Source: an uncultured Gemmatimonadales bacterium
GTDB taxonomy: Bacteria; Gemmatimonadota; Gemmatimonadetes; Gemmatimonadales; Gemmatimonadaceae
Direction of reading: 5' to 3'
NCBI GenBank assembly: GCA_963707505.1
Contig: CAVPQB010000004.1
Location: forward strand, 1,312,001 to 1,376,000
DNA: 64,000 nt
In this document: piece by piece, positions 1 through 11,686 of the stretch
Layout of the letters: the number at the start of each line of letters is the position of its first letter
Numbering within the stretch: the first letter of the stretch is position 1
Made by a program: the position numbers and the translations under genes
The notes under the pieces: model-generated
Database searches by the model: none
What the model was told of the DNA's origin: nothing
Seen by the model: only the letters and a program-made list of their open reading frames with translations

Positions 1-1204
1 ACCAGATTGCCGCAGGTATGAGATCTCGATTGGTCTGGTAACGCCGCATGCGTACCGCGGCGACGGCGCGCGCAAGGCGCTCCTCCTTGCCAAACATCCC
101 GATCTCAGCGGCGAAACGCTCGATGGCGCGCGCATCCGTAATATCGATCTGCCATGCCTCGCGCCTCTCATTCCGATACTTCACGCTTCTGCGACGAAGC
201 GCGGCGATGATTCCGAAACGAAGCAGCAGATGCTGAACCTGACGCGCCATGCGCTCGCTCGCCGAAGCATAGCCGAGCTGCGCCTGCCCTGACGCTAGCA
301 CAGTTGCCCAACCGTCCGTCGCAAAGAGCCGATTCAGAAACAGTGAAACCTGTTCCTTCGGTAGCGTGAATACCATTCGTGGGATGTGCTTGCCGCGCGC
401 GTCGGCACCGTAAATGCCGAGTTCACCAAGCCAGCTTGTAACGGTGTTCGGGATCCGTCCGTGGAGGGCGCGAACGCCACCAAGAGCGAGATCTGCAGGT
501 TCAGTGTCGAGAAAATCGCACAACTCGGCGAACGCATCCGTGGATGGTGCGCCGTGACCGGACTTCCAGTAGGAGACTGACGCGGTGCTCACTGCCAAGT
601 CCGCGGCCACGCTCGCGCCTGATCGTCCGCCTGCCCGCATTGTCGCCGTCAGCCGCGACGAAAACTCCGCGCGCGCGCCGGCTGTTGCCTGCGAATCACG
701 ACGTATGCGGACGGTCGGAGTGCGGTTCGACGATACGCAATTGCTTACGACGCCACCACCGAACTCATTCACGGCAACTGCAAAATCGCGCAGCAGTACA
801 GGATTCGCGTTTGTGAAGCGCGGCGGGCCGCCCGTTATGGTTCCATCTCCTAGCAGGTATCCAAGCAGCTTCACTTCGCACGACCGCGCTGCTTTGGTAC
901 CGAACACGCCGATTTCACGCGGGACAGCGATGGAATCGCCCTCGGAGAGTTCGCCGAGCGGCTGCCATCCACTGATTGTGCGGAATGGATGCGTGATGGT
1001 GGTTTCGATCCGGCGACCAAGACGCGTCGTCACGCGGAATACCGGCTTCAGACCGTCATCGATGTAAGCCGACGGCTCTATCAGGTTGAACTTCCAGCGC
1101 GAGTCATCCAGGGTAAGCATCCTTTGACGCGCGCCCTTGAATATGGTCTCAATCGTCTCGACGCTCCCGTCCTCCAGCACGATCTCGGAATCATGAGCGA
1201 GGCA
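1..1204 (-). mobile_element. Intein with LAGLIDADG homing endonuclease in the DnaB Walker A motif (C-terminal end outside the window)
   Basis: Directly after SMGK: CLAHDSEIVLEDG (block A, Cys1 at 1204), TTITHPF (block B TxxH), LLGYLLGDG (~845-870), KHIP, and FLNRLFATDG (~312-340), all in frame with dnaB. Confidence 0.93.
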
Positions 1205-1906
1205 CTTCCCCATCGACGGTCTCGCCGCAATGATCACCAGCTCCGATGGCTGGAATCCCGCCGTCAGCTCATCCAGATCGTGGAACCCGCTCGGCACCCC
1301 TGTGACAGACTCGCCCGCAAGATGAAGCTGCTCGATGCGCTCCATCGCTTCGTACATCAACTCCTTGACGCGCGTGAAGCCCTCGGTGCCGCGGCTCTGA
1401 TTCACTTCGAAGATGCTGTGCTCCGCGGCATCCAGCAGCTCTGCAGCCGGCAGCGCCGAGTCGAACGCCTCGCTCACGATCGCGGTCGAGACTTCGATGA
1501 GCCGGCGACGCAGCGCCTTCTCGCGCACGATCTTCGCGTGGTATTCCACGTTCGCCGCAGTCGGTACGACGTCGACGAGATAGGCGATGTACTCGCGGCC
1601 GCCCGCGGCTTCGAGCTCGTTCTTGCGCGAGAGCTCTTCCGTCAGCGTGAGTGGATCGATTACCTCGCCACGCTCCGACAGCGCGAGCATCGCACGAAAG
1701 ACGCGACGATGCGACTCGCGATAAAACATCGATTCGTCGACATACTCCGTCGCGCGCAGCAGCGCCTCGGCGTCGAGCAGCATCGCCGACAACACCGCCT
1801 GCTCGGCGGCTTCGGAATACGGCGGCGTCCGGTCGCGATAGGGATCGCGGCCAGCGCTTACTTCATGACTTCGAGGAGTCGAGTACGTGTCTAGCGAGCT
1901 TGACAT
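1..1906 (-). CDS. dnaB: Replicative DNA helicase DnaB, intein-containing, runs off the left edge
   Basis: Manual translation from ATG 1906: MSSSLDTY...PPYSEAAEQAVLSAMLLD...GFQPSELVIIAARPSMGK. Frame stays open to position 1, so it is absent from the ORF track. The start overlaps the end of udg. Confidence 0.95.
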   Translation of the reverse strand, partial: MSSSLDTYSTPRSHEVSAGRDPYRDRTPPYSEAAEQAVLSAMLLDAEALLRATEYVDESMFYRESHRRVFRAMLALSERGEVIDPLTLTEELSRKNELEAAGGREYIAYLVDVVPTAANVEYHAKIVREKALRRRLIEVSTAIVSEAFDSALPAAELLDAAEHSIFEVNQSRGTEGFTRVKELMYEAMERIEQLHLAGESVTGVPSGFHDLDELTAGFQPSELVIIAARPSMGKCLAHDSEIVLEDGSVETIETIFKGARQRMLTLDDSRWKFNLIEPSAYIDDGLKPVFRVTTRLGRRIETTITHPFRTISGWQPLGELSEGDSIAVPREIGVFGTKAARSCEVKLLGYLLGDGTITGGPPRFTNANPVLLRDFAVAVNEFGGGVVSNCVSSNRTPTVRIRRDSQATAGARAEFSSRLTATMRAGGRSGASVAADLAVSTASVSYWKSGHGAPSTDAFAELCDFLDTEPADLALGGVRALHGRIPNTVTSWLGELGIYGADARGKHIPRMVFTLPKEQVSLFLNRLFATDGWATVLASGQAQLGYASASERMARQVQHLLLRFGIIAALRRRSVKYRNERREAWQIDITDARAIERFAAEIGMFGKEERLARAVAAVRMRRYQTNRDLIPAAIW

Positions 1907-2832
1907 CTTCCCAGGTTGGTCGCTTCCAGGCGGGGTTTCTCAGTAACGCGGCGGGGTGATACGTGACGATGAGCGGAATTCCATAGTACCGGTGCACGGC
2001 ACCACGGAGCTTGCCGATTGGCGTCTTTGTCTCCAGTAGAGTTTGCGCCGCGAACGTCCCGAGCGCCAGAATGACTTTCGGCTTGATCATCTGTATCTGG
2101 CGTACGAGATAGGGGCTGCAAGCCTCCACTTCGTTCGGCGCCGGATTGCGATTTCCCGGGGGACGGTGCTTCAAAACGTTGGTGATGAACACCTGATCGC
2201 GAGTCAGGTCGATGGCCGCAAGAATCTTTGTGAGGAGCCCTCCCGCCTGCCCCACGAACGGTTGTCCGGTCTCATCCTCGTTCGCGCCAGGAGCCTCACC
2301 CACGCACATGAAGTCGGCGGTCTGATCGCCGGTACCGGGGACGGCATTCTTGGCCGTCTTGTACAGCGGACAACGCGTACACTCTTCGATCAGCTTGGCA
2401 AGCGAGTTGATCGACCTGACATTGTGAAATGGATTCTGCTCGAACAGCGTTCCATTGGCATTCCCGACAATGAGTCCCTGCTTCTCCGTCTTGATCGCCT
2501 CGTCCCCCGCCTCGGATTGCGTCCGCTGCGTCAGCTGCGTTCGGCGACTCCTCGTGCACTTCCGGGACCCGATCCGCGACATGGGCAGGTGCAACAGGCC
2601 GTGCGTCTCGCTGCACAGTTGGCCGAGCAACGCGGGGCGCCGGGGAAGCCTCCACCGGACGGGACGGCTGCTGCGGACGAGCAGCCTGCGGCGGCCTTGC
2701 AGGCACTGTCGATCGAAGCTTGTCGATCGCGCTCAACGCCTCATCGATGCTCATGCTGTCCAGCACGAACTCCGACTCGCCGAGCTCGCGACGCTGCTCG
2801 AGATACGCGCGCAGCCGCTCCCTACCGTCCAT
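1863..2832 (-). CDS. udg: Uracil-DNA glycosylase family 4, apparent frameshift near 2515
   Basis: C-terminal ORF has CTRCPL, VGEAPG, PFVG, NVLKHRPP and TYHPAALLRNP. The N-terminal part MDGRERLRAYLEQRRELGE (ATG 2832) is in another frame and abuts the coaBC stop. Confidence 0.88.
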
Positions 2833-4025
2833 TCAGCAATACCTCGATTCTGTCGAGCAGTGACTCCGCTACGTCGTCCTTCGACATTAGCGGAAGAACT
2901 TCCTCTCCATTCGCCGAGACGAAGCGTCACGCGATTGGTGTCGGCGCCGAATCCCTCACCCGCTACGCCGGCGCGGTTCGCCACGATCATGTCGAGCTGC
3001 TTGGCCGCAAGCTTCGCGCGCGCATTGTCGATCACAGATTGTGTCTCCAGCGCAAATCCGACGGTCACAAGCCTTGCGGGCCGATTTGCAATCGTCGAGG
3101 CGAGTATGTCCGTCGTGGCAGTCAGCGGGATGGACGATGGCGCGTGTGCCTTCTTGATCTTCTCGGCCGCAACTTCCGCGGGGCGAAAATCGGAGGGAGC
3201 GGCGGCCATTATCAGCGCGTCGGCATTTTTTATCGCGACGTTCACTGCAGACGACATCTCTGCGGTGCTCGCGACGCGCACGGCGTGCACGCCGGCAGGA
3301 ACAGGAACTTCGATCGCGCCTGCAATCAGTGTCACATCCGCGCCACGCGCCCACGCTGCGCGCGCAATCGCGATGCCCATTCTTCCGGTGCTGTGATTGG
3401 AGATGAACCGCACCGGATCGATCGCCTCGCGGGTCGATCCTGCAGTGACGACGATACGCTTTCCGGCGAGTGCGGATCCACCACGCAACGCGCGCTCGAC
3501 GTGCGCCGCAATAGCATCAGGCTCGGGCATCCGACCCGGGCCCTCACCCTCGTCGAACGCAAGCGGACCGGTCGCGGGCTCGATCACGTCATAGCCGATC
3601 TCGCGCAGGTGTTGTGCGTTCAGCACGGTCTGCCTGTGCGACCACATCCTGTCGTTCATCGCGGGCACGATGAGTACGGGACAACGCGCCGCGAGCAACA
3701 TTGCGCAGAGAAGATCATCGGCGCGTCCGTGCGCCGCGCGCGCAAGAAAATCGGCTGTGGCTGGCGCCACGACGATGACTTGCGCTTCGCGCGCCAGTCG
3801 AATGTGCGCGAGTGCCTCACCCGATTCGAAAAGATCGCTGTGAACGCGGCGTCCAGTCACGCCCTCGAACGTAACGGCGCCCACGAACTGCTGGGCGCCG
3901 CGGGTCATCACGACGTCGACTTCGGCTCCGTCCTGCGCCAGAAGGCGCGCCAGCGACACCGACTTGTAGCTGGCGATCCCTCCGGTGACGCCGAGTACGA
4001 CGCGCCGTCCCCGGATGTCGCGCAG
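2822..4025 (-). CDS. coaBC: Bifunctional phosphopantothenoylcysteine decarboxylase/synthase, +1 frameshift near 2921
   Basis: VLGVTGGIASYK, VVAPATAD, PAMNDRM, TREAIDPVRFISNHSTG and GFALET. The corrected tail VSANGEEVLPLMSKDDVA...NGR ends at TAG 2822. Likely CTG start at 4025. Confidence 0.93.
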
Positions 4026-4027
4026 TG

Positions 4028-4237
4028 CTACTCCTGCCGGCGGCGGGGAACTACGTGGTAATCGATCTCGCCACCCGCGAGCTCCTCGAGCGCACGCGTG
4101 GTGAGCTTCTTCTCGCCCGGCGCCGAGCGGTCGCGCGGGAACTCGTTGAGAACGCGCGCAAACTTGGCCGCGACGAGAACGCCGAGGTACTTGTTCGTCG
4201 CGTGCGCCGCAACGTCATCGGGTGTATAGACTCTCAT
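4028..4237 (-). CDS. rpoZ: RNA polymerase omega subunit
   Basis: 69 aa with NKYLGVLVAAKFAR and ALEEL; conserved gmk-rpoZ-coaBC order. Confidence 0.9.
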   Translation of the reverse strand: MRVYTPDDVAAHATNKYLGVLVAAKFARVLNEFPRDRSAPGEKKLTTRALEELAGGEIDYHVVPRRRQE

Positions 4238-4249
4238 TAACAGACTCTC

Positions 4250-4885
4250 CTAAAAATGAAGCAGCTCCGCCTCGAGCGCGGATACCGTCTCAGCCGCGAT
4301 GCGTGCGCTCTGGGGTGAATTCACCCGCTTGAGGCATTCCGCATCGATGATGCACGAGACCTGCGCGACCGCGCGTTCCAACTCGTCGTTGACAACGACG
4401 TATTCGAACTCGCCAATCACCCCGATCTCGCCGATGGCGTCGCGCAACCGCGTCGCTATCGTCGCACTGTCCTCCGTACCGCGATCCTTCAATCTCGCCA
4501 CCAGCGTTTCGCCAGACGGCGGCAGAACGAAGATCCGAACAGCATCAGGAAACGACGCGGAAAACTGCATCGCACCCTGCACGTCTATGTCCATCACGAC
4601 GTTGCGGTGCGAAGCTACAACCCGCTCCACTTCCCGCCGCAACGTGCCGTACATGTTGCCGTGCACTCTCGCGTATTCTGCGAACTCACCGTTCCGAACG
4701 GATTGCTCGAACTGTTCGGCGCTCAGAAAGTGGTACGCCACGCCATCAACTTCTCCCGGCCGCGGCGCACGCGTGGTCGCCGATACCGAGTATCCAATAT
4801 CTTTCCTTACTTCGAGCAACCGCCTCGCGATCGTGGTCTTGCCCGCGCCCGAAGGCGCCGAAAGAATGACCGGGAAACACCTCAC
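4250..4885 (-). CDS. gmk: Guanylate kinase
   Basis: SAPSGAGKTT, TTRAPRPGEVDG.YHF, YGT, DIDVQG. Confidence 0.97.
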   Translation of the reverse strand: MRCFPVILSAPSGAGKTTIARRLLEVRKDIGYSVSATTRAPRPGEVDGVAYHFLSAEQFEQSVRNGEFAEYARVHGNMYGTLRREVERVVASHRNVVMDIDVQGAMQFSASFPDAVRIFVLPPSGETLVARLKDRGTEDSATIATRLRDAIGEIGVIGEFEYVVVNDELERAVAQVSCIIDAECLKRVNSPQSARIAAETVSALEAELLHF

Positions 4886-5785
4886 TCGACGTTCTCACTC
4901 TGCTCGCGCAATCGCTCGAGCTCTTCCTTGATTGCGACAACGTCGGTCAGGATCGCCGCGTCGCTCGCCTTGCTTCCTGTGGTGTTGGCCTCGCGCAGCA
5001 TTTCCTGAATCAGAAAGCCTAGCCGCTTGCCGACACCAGCGTCACGCTTTTCGCCGAGAGCCGCCCGGAAGGCCGCGATGTGCGCGCCGAACCGGTTGAG
5101 CTCTTCCGACACGTCCATCCGATCCGCAAGAATCGCGATCTCCTGCGCCAGTCGCTGCGGATCCACCGCGACTCCGCCGGCCAACTCTGCAACCGCGGTC
5201 TGCAACCGGTTGCGCTGCTCGATCAATCTTGCCGGTGCCCGCTCGCGGATCCGCGCAAGCGCATCCTCGATGATTCGCAGGTGCTCGTGCAGAAACTCCG
5301 AGATCCGTGCGCCTTCGGCATCACGCATCCCGTCCAGTCCGTTCGCAGCGTCGTGCACGATCGCCAGCAACTGCTCGGCGTTTCCATCCGCCGCATCGCC
5401 GTCGCCACTCTCGTTGCCACTCTCGTCGCCTGCCGCGGTGATCACGTCGGGAAGCCGCATCACCGTCGCAACGTCGACGTCGCCAGCAAGACCCAGTCGA
5501 TCCTTCAGCGCCCGAAGCTGCTGTACGTACGCAGCAACGCGCTCCTCGTCGATCGCGAGCGCCACGATCGCCTTCCCGCTCGATCCGCGCCGTCAGCGAC
5601 ACGTGGCCGCGGCTGAACCGCTTGCGCAGCGCCTCGCGAACGTCGCCCTCCCAACGCGCCATTGCGCCCGGGAGCTTGATCGATGGATTGAAGAAACGAT
5701 GGTTGACCGCGCGGATCTCGACGGAGACGCGTTGCGCGCCAACCGTCCCGTCAGCGATCCCGAAACCGGTCATGCTCGTGATCAT
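4882..5785 (-). CDS. yicC: YicC/YloC-family endoribonuclease, frameshift near 5575
   Basis: N-terminus SMTGFG..EIRAVNHRF in ORF 5321-5785. C-terminus GKRLGFLIQEMLREANTTGSK..EQSENVE in ORF 4882-5565. Lies upstream of gmk. Confidence 0.9.
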
Positions 5786-5845
5786 GTGCAGCCTACTAAG
5801 TTATTACACCGCAACGACTTTGTCAAATTTTGAGGAGCCGTCTGA

Positions 5846-7679
5846 TCAGTTGAAGAAGTACCATCTCACCCCGTACACATTCACCGGCCGCGGCATCAGA
5901 TAACCCGGCACCTGGTCGTAAATCGCACCCACCAGATTCCGCCGCTGGAACGACAGCACCCCACGCAGAATCCGCAGCTCCACCAGCACCGACAACACCC
6001 GGCTCGGCGACGCCAGTCTGTCAGTTCCATCCGATTGCGGGAATGGCGCCGAGCTACGGTAATCGATTCCAGGCTGAATCAGGAACGAGAAGTTCCGGTT
6101 GGGAAAGCGCGACAGCCACTCCGTGTAGAAACGGATGTCGGCGTGCGCCTCGGTCTGCGGCGTGTATGCGGCCACGTGCTGCCAGTGCGTGTAGGTCGCG
6201 TCAGCGCTCAGACCCCCGATGATCGGCCCCTGAAGGCCGACGATCGTGCCCGTCTGGCGGCCAACGGGCTGCGCGACGAACGCCGTGTCCCACAATGCCG
6301 AAGGCACCAACACCGCCGTGTCTCTGGTCACGACGCCGCCCGTGACCCACAGGCCCGCAGGCAGTACCCGGAGGCCACCCTCGAACCGCGCGCTTCGCGA
6401 GTCAGGCTGCTTGATGAACCCGATCGCCGGTGTGCCGAACGCAGTGCGCTGGCCCACGTAGCCGAGCAGCGAGATGAACGGCAGCGGAGTAAGCCGCGCG
6501 CCGCCCTCCACGCGCGTCAAACCGGCATACTCGTCACGCTCGGCCATCGCGCTCGCCGACAAGAACGTGTGCGTGAGATCGAACGTAGCGCTGGGCGAGT
6601 TGTATCCCTTGCCAAGCCGCGTCCTGTAGCGCTCGATGAGTCTGAGACGACCTCCCGCGGCGTCCATCCCAAGCGTCGCTACGTATTGGGTGGCGGACGC
6701 GAGCGAGTCGACCGTGTCCGGCGCGAATCCATACGTGCGCGCAGTAGTCGAATCGTAGTGCGGACTGTTCTCCTTGAGAATCTGCGTCGACGCTACAAGC
6801 TGCAGAAATGGCCCGCTTCCTTCACGGCCGATTGCGGCGCGAAGATAGCCGATGGTGTTTGCGGATCGGTAACCGGGAAGTGCCGGGCCGAAACCGAAGC
6901 GACCTGTAACCGTGCGCGTGTCGTTGCTGCGAATTGCAGTCGCGTCGAGACTCCATGAATGGTGCGCGATTCCGTATCGCACCATCCCGCCAAAGTCCTG
7001 GCCCGCCTCCGCCGTTACGAAGATCGGTAACGCCGAACTGCTGCAACGCGACCTGAAGGCCTGCACCGTTGTAGAAGCGCTTACCGTAATACGCGCGATA
7101 CAGATTGGTATTCAGATCACCAGTCAGCGCATCGACGCGCGTGTACGGTGTGGTCTGATCGTATTCCCACGTGCGCATGTCGATGCGCAATCCGTTGGCG
7201 CCTCGCGCGAGCGAGAGCTTCTCGAGCGTCCATAGCGGAACGGAATGCAGATCTGGTGCAACGCCATTGCGCGGCTCAAGATCATCACGCTCGATACCGT
7301 CGAGGAATACGCGCACGCGACTGAAATCACCGCCGAACGCGGTTGCCTGCGGTGCGGCGAGCCAGCCTGTACGAAATGTCGTGAATCCAGGTATGCGATC
7401 GAGCAGATCGCCGAGCGTGAGCGCGCCGGTAGCGAAGAGCGCGTCGCGATCGTACGTGAACGCCTGCCCGATTTCGAGTGACGGCATCACATCATCCCGG
7501 CCGAAGCGCGCCTGCACGCTGTCGGCGTGCTGCGGTTTGGGCGGCGCGTCTTCCGGCGCGTTACGGACGGTGTCGCGTGGAAGCCCCTGCGCATTCGCGG
7601 CGACCGCCGGCACAGCAGCCATCATCGCGGTGCACGCCGCTGCGATCAGCGCACGCCGCGCGAGGCTAAACGACATCAA
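5846..7679 (-). CDS. Outer-membrane beta-barrel with plug-like domain (TonB-receptor/porin-like), frameshift near 7002
   Basis: Signal peptide, plug-like TLGDLLDRIPG..VRVFLDG, amphipathic strands and C-terminal YGVRWYFFN, split over two ORFs. Confidence 0.65.
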
Positions 7680-9164
7680 CGAGCGCAGCGCGCGCGCAGG
7701 AATTCCACGAACGTCCCGACCGGCACGCCCGTTGGCCCCTTGGGAATGAAGCCGAGGTCCGATTCGGAATACGCAGTGCCAGCAACGTCGAGGTGGACCC
7801 AGGGATATTCTTCCGCGAATTCGCGCAGAAATGCCGCCGCCGTGATCGCTCCAGCAGGCCTGCCACCGGAATTCTTGATATCCGCGACGTCGGACTTGAT
7901 CAGATCCGTATAGTCATCCCAGAGCGGCAGCTGCCACCCGCGCTCACCAGCGCGATCGGCAGCGACGAGCACTTCGTCGACGAGCGATTGATTGGTGCCG
8001 AACACGCCGGTCGCCGTGTGGCCCAGCGCGATGACGCACGCGCCCGTGAGTGTCGCCGCGTCGATGACTGCTGACGGCTTGAATCGCCGCACATACGACA
8101 GAAGATCGGCAAGTACCAGCCGCCCTTCGGCGTCGGTGTTCACGATCTCGATGTACTTGCCGAGCTGACTGCGCACGACGTCGCCCGGATTCATTGCCGT
8201 GCCGGACGGCATGTTGGTCGTAGCACCAAAGACTCCGATGACATTGATCGGAAGCTTCATGCGGCCGACGACTTCCATCGCGCCGATGACGCCGCCCGCG
8301 CCACTCATGTCGAACTTCATCCACTCCATGCCGGCAGCCGGTTTGATCGAGATACCGCCTGAGTCGAAACACAGTCCCTTGCCGACGAGCACGACGGGAG
8401 CATCGCTGTCCTTGCCGCCGCGATGCTCGATCGCAACGAGACGAGGCTCCTGCGGCGTGCCCTGCGCGACGGCGAGGAACGATCCCATCTTCTCCGCTTC
8501 CAGTCCTCGGCGATCCGAGCTCCGTGTAACGCATCCCGTGGCGGGTCGCGAGGTCGCGCGCTGTTGCGGCGAGCAGATCCGGTGTGCAGATGTTACCGGG
8601 TGTCATGCCGAGCGTGCGCGCGAGCGATACACCCGCGCCAATGGCATTGCCGGCGTCGAGTGCGGATTGCGTTTCGGGCGTTGCCGGAGCGAAGATCGTT
8701 GCGGATGTTACCGGTGCCTTTCTATCTGCTTCGGGCGGTGGTGTTTTCGTATCGAGATACTGCCACGCGCCGGCGTGAAGACCCGCCGCGAGCGCTTCGA
8801 TCTGCGTGGGCACGAACGAGTCACCGGTGATCGCGACGGATCCCGTCCCCGACTTGCCGGCGGTGCGGGCCGCGAGCGACGCTGCCCTGCGCAGCGCATG
8901 TAAGGTTGCGGGTGCAGATCCGATGCCGATGAGCGCAACGCGCCGAGGACCGGAAGCCACCCCGCTCAGAAAGAGAACCTCGTCGCACGATCCGCGAAAG
9001 TCGCGATTGCGAAGTGCCGTTGTGATCGCGCTTCCCATCGCGTTGTCGAGTTTCGCGAGAGTTGCGGGAACCGACGCGCCGGAGGTGAGCGCAACGAAGA
9101 GAACCGGAATTTGCGCTGATGCAGCGTCCGCACCCGACAGCGCGACGGCGAATGAACTGGCCAC
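7676..9164 (-). CDS. pepA: Leucyl aminopeptidase (M17), frameshift near 8513
   Basis: VGKGLCFDSGG, MKFDMSG, NTDAEGRL, HLDVAG. GTG start at 9164 follows an AAAGGAG SD. Confidence 0.93.
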
Positions 9165-9184
9165 GGTAATTGCTCCTTTCGCCG

Positions 9185-10427
9185 TTATGCGCGCATGCCG
9201 CTGATGATCGCGTCGCCGAAGCCGGACGTCGAAACTTCCGTCGCCCCGGGCATCTGGCGCGCGAGGTCGTACGTCACCGTGCGTGACTTGATCGCATTCT
9301 CCATCCCGCGCACGATGAGCGCGCCGGCCTCGCCCCAACCCATGTGGTCCAGCATCATCACGCCGGAAAGGATCACGCTTCCGGGGTTGATCTTGTTGAG
9401 GCCGGCGTACTTGGGCGCCGTTCCGTGCGTCGCTTCGAACACCGCGACACCGTCGCCGACGTTCCCGCCGGGTGCGATCCCGAGTCCGCCAACCTGCGCA
9501 GCGGCGGCGTCGGAGAGATAATCGCCGTTCAGGTTCGGCGTCGCGATGACGGAATATTCCGCCGGCCGCAGCAATAGCTGCTGGAACATGGAATCAGCGA
9601 TGCGGTCACCTGACGACGATCTTTCCGGATCGGCTCGCGCCCTTGAGATCGGCTTCGGTGACAGTCTGCGCCGCGTACTTCTCGCGAGCGACTTCGTAAC
9701 CCCAGTCGCGGAACGCACCTTCGGTGAACTTCATGATGTTGCCCTTGTGCACCAGCGTCACCGATGGCCTCGTCGTTGGCGACGGCGTACGACAGCGCCA
9801 TATCCACCAGGCGCTTGCGACCCGAACTTGCTCATCGGCTTGATGCCGATCGCAGAATTCTCGCGGATGTTGGCGCCAAACGAGTCGTGCAGAAAATCGC
9901 GCAGCTTGGTTCGCTTCAGCGGATCCGGCCTTGTACTCGATGCCCGCGTAAACGTCTTCGGTGTTCTCGCGGAAAATCACCACGTTCACTTTCTCGGGCT
10001 CCTTGACCGGAGCACCGACGCCCTCGAAGTAGCGCACTGGACGGATGCACGCGTAAAGATCCAGCACCTGGCGCAGCGTGACGTTGAGCGAGCGGATACC
10101 GCCGCCCACCGGCGTCGTCAGTGGACCCTTGATCGAGACTCTGAACTCCGCGAACGCGTCTACCGTTTCATCCGGGAGCCAGCTGTTGAAGGCCTTGAAG
10201 GACTTCTCGCCGGCAAAGACTTCCATCCACGCAATGCGTCGCTCGCCGCCATAAGCCTTCTCCACCGCCGCGTCGAAGACCCGCACGGAGGCGGCCCAGA
10301 TGTCGGCGCCGGTGCCGTCGCCCTCGATGAACGGGATGATCGGATTGTTCGGCACCTGGAGGGCGCCGCCGGCATAGCCGATTCGCTCGCCGTTGGCGGG
10401 AACCGTTGCGTGCTTGTACGTGGCCAT
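9185..10427 (-). CDS. icd: NADP-dependent isocitrate dehydrogenase, several frameshifts between about 9600 and 9920
   Basis: [52 protein letters not shown], and HGTAPKYAG (Lys-Tyr NADP signature). Confidence 0.93.
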
Positions 10428-10776
10428 TCTCGGATTGGTTGTTCAGGGGGGTAAACCTGAGAAAGTTACCCCGACGGCTACCGGCGGGCCAGCGGCGCCG
10501 CATCGCTCGGCGCCCCTGAAAAATCCGGATCGACGATCTACGGCTTTTTCAGGAGTTCGCTATCCGGTGCATGCCCGGCCAGGCGGTTGACGCATGCGGA
10601 CCTGACGGTCGGGATGGAAACCGCTCGATCTCTGGGCAGGGTGAAGCCGCCCGGATCGGTGGTCGGGACGGGCGCGGGCGCCGCCACGGGCATGTTACAG
10701 GAAGCTGCGGGGTTCGGCGTGGCGCCAGTCCGGCGCGTGTCCTAGTTTCATCTGCATGCGGACTGCGTGCTCCAGA

Positions 10777-11187
10777 ATGGTTCTCCGGGTCGCTCAGATC
10801 GCCGCGCTGACCATGTGTGCGACGGCGCCACGCGTGACTGCGGCACAGGGAACGTGGACCGGCGTCGGTGCGATCAACGGAACGGTGATGTACATGGACA
10901 CGACCACCATCGTGCGCTCAGGCAATCTGCGCAAGGTGTGGGTCAGATCCATCGATTCAGCTCCCAAGTCCTTTGTCGCGGGCAAGGACACGCTCGACTT
11001 CGATACTGTGATCGGACTGAACGTGTTCGATTGCTCAAAACACACGCGTACCGTTACCACCGTAACGTATTTGCTGGGGAACGACATAATCTTCAACGTC
11101 CCGGAGACGCACGACAAACCCGAGCAGTTGAAGCCGCGAAGTTTTTTCGACGCGGTGTATAGCGATCTGTGCGGGGTGCGCCGGTAG
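10777..11187 (+). CDS. Small secreted protein, surface-adhesin-E-like
   Basis: Signal peptide and the pattern YMDTTTI..G..KVW...FDC...C. Family assignment is by resemblance only. Confidence 0.5.
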   Translation: MVLRVAQIAALTMCATAPRVTAAQGTWTGVGAINGTVMYMDTTTIVRSGNLRKVWVRSIDSAPKSFVAGKDTLDFDTVIGLNVFDCSKHTRTVTTVTYLLGNDIIFNVPETHDKPEQLKPRSFFDAVYSDLCGVRR

Positions 11188-11287
11188 CGGGAACGTTCGG
11201 CTCGGCAGCAATCCGGTCTCGTTTGCCCTTAACGTGGCAGGTGCAGATGTCCCCGTGCGGCGAGGATGATGACTTGCAGCTGCAACC

Positions 11288-11686
11288 TCACGCGGTCGCG
11301 CGGAACGGCTCGAAGGGCGAGATGCCGAGCCTCAGCTGCATGCTGTACGCGATGCGATGCGCCAGCTCCTTCATCAGCGACGCCGCCGCGCCCGCGAATC
11401 GCGCATCGACCACGCGCTCCAACGTTGCGACCCAGCGCTCGAAGTGATCGCCGGTGAGACCGGGCATTGCCATGTGCGGACGGAACGCGTTGCCGCTGTA
11501 GCTGCGCGTGTGGAACAACAGAGTGGACCAGAACGCAACTATCTTCGGCATGTGCTCGGACATATCGACTTCCGCGAAATACCGCGCAAGCAGCGGGTCC
11601 GATCCGATTATCGCGTAGAACTCCGTCAGAAGCTCGTAAAGATCCTCGTCGCGGACGTCGCGACGGATCGCGTTCACATCACGCAT
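11288..11686 (-). CDS. Group III truncated hemoglobin
   Basis: FYAIIGSDPLLARYF, EHMPKIVAFWS, YSGNAFRPH, HFERWVA. ATG 11686 overlaps the cupin stop. Confidence 0.85.
   Translation of the reverse strand: MRDVNAIRRDVRDEDLYELLTEFYAIIGSDPLLARYFAEVDMSEHMPKIVAFWSTLLFHTRSYSGNAFRPHMAMPGLTGDHFERWVATLERVVDARFAGAAASLMKELAHRIAYSMQLRLGISPFEPFRATA

Noticed and set aside
989..4061. Long plus-strand ORFs 989-1894 and 2043-4061
   Set aside because: Antisense shadows of dnaB, udg and coaBC. They are Arg/His-rich with no motifs, as expected in high-GC DNA.
7676..10427. Programmed frameshifting in pepA or icd
   Set aside because: No slippery heptamers seen, and icd has several breaks close together. Sequencing error is the simpler explanation.
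10428..10776. Small ORF or ncRNA in the gap upstream of icd
   Set aside because: Candidate frames are Pro/Ala-rich without an SD or motif, and no convincing conserved structure was seen.
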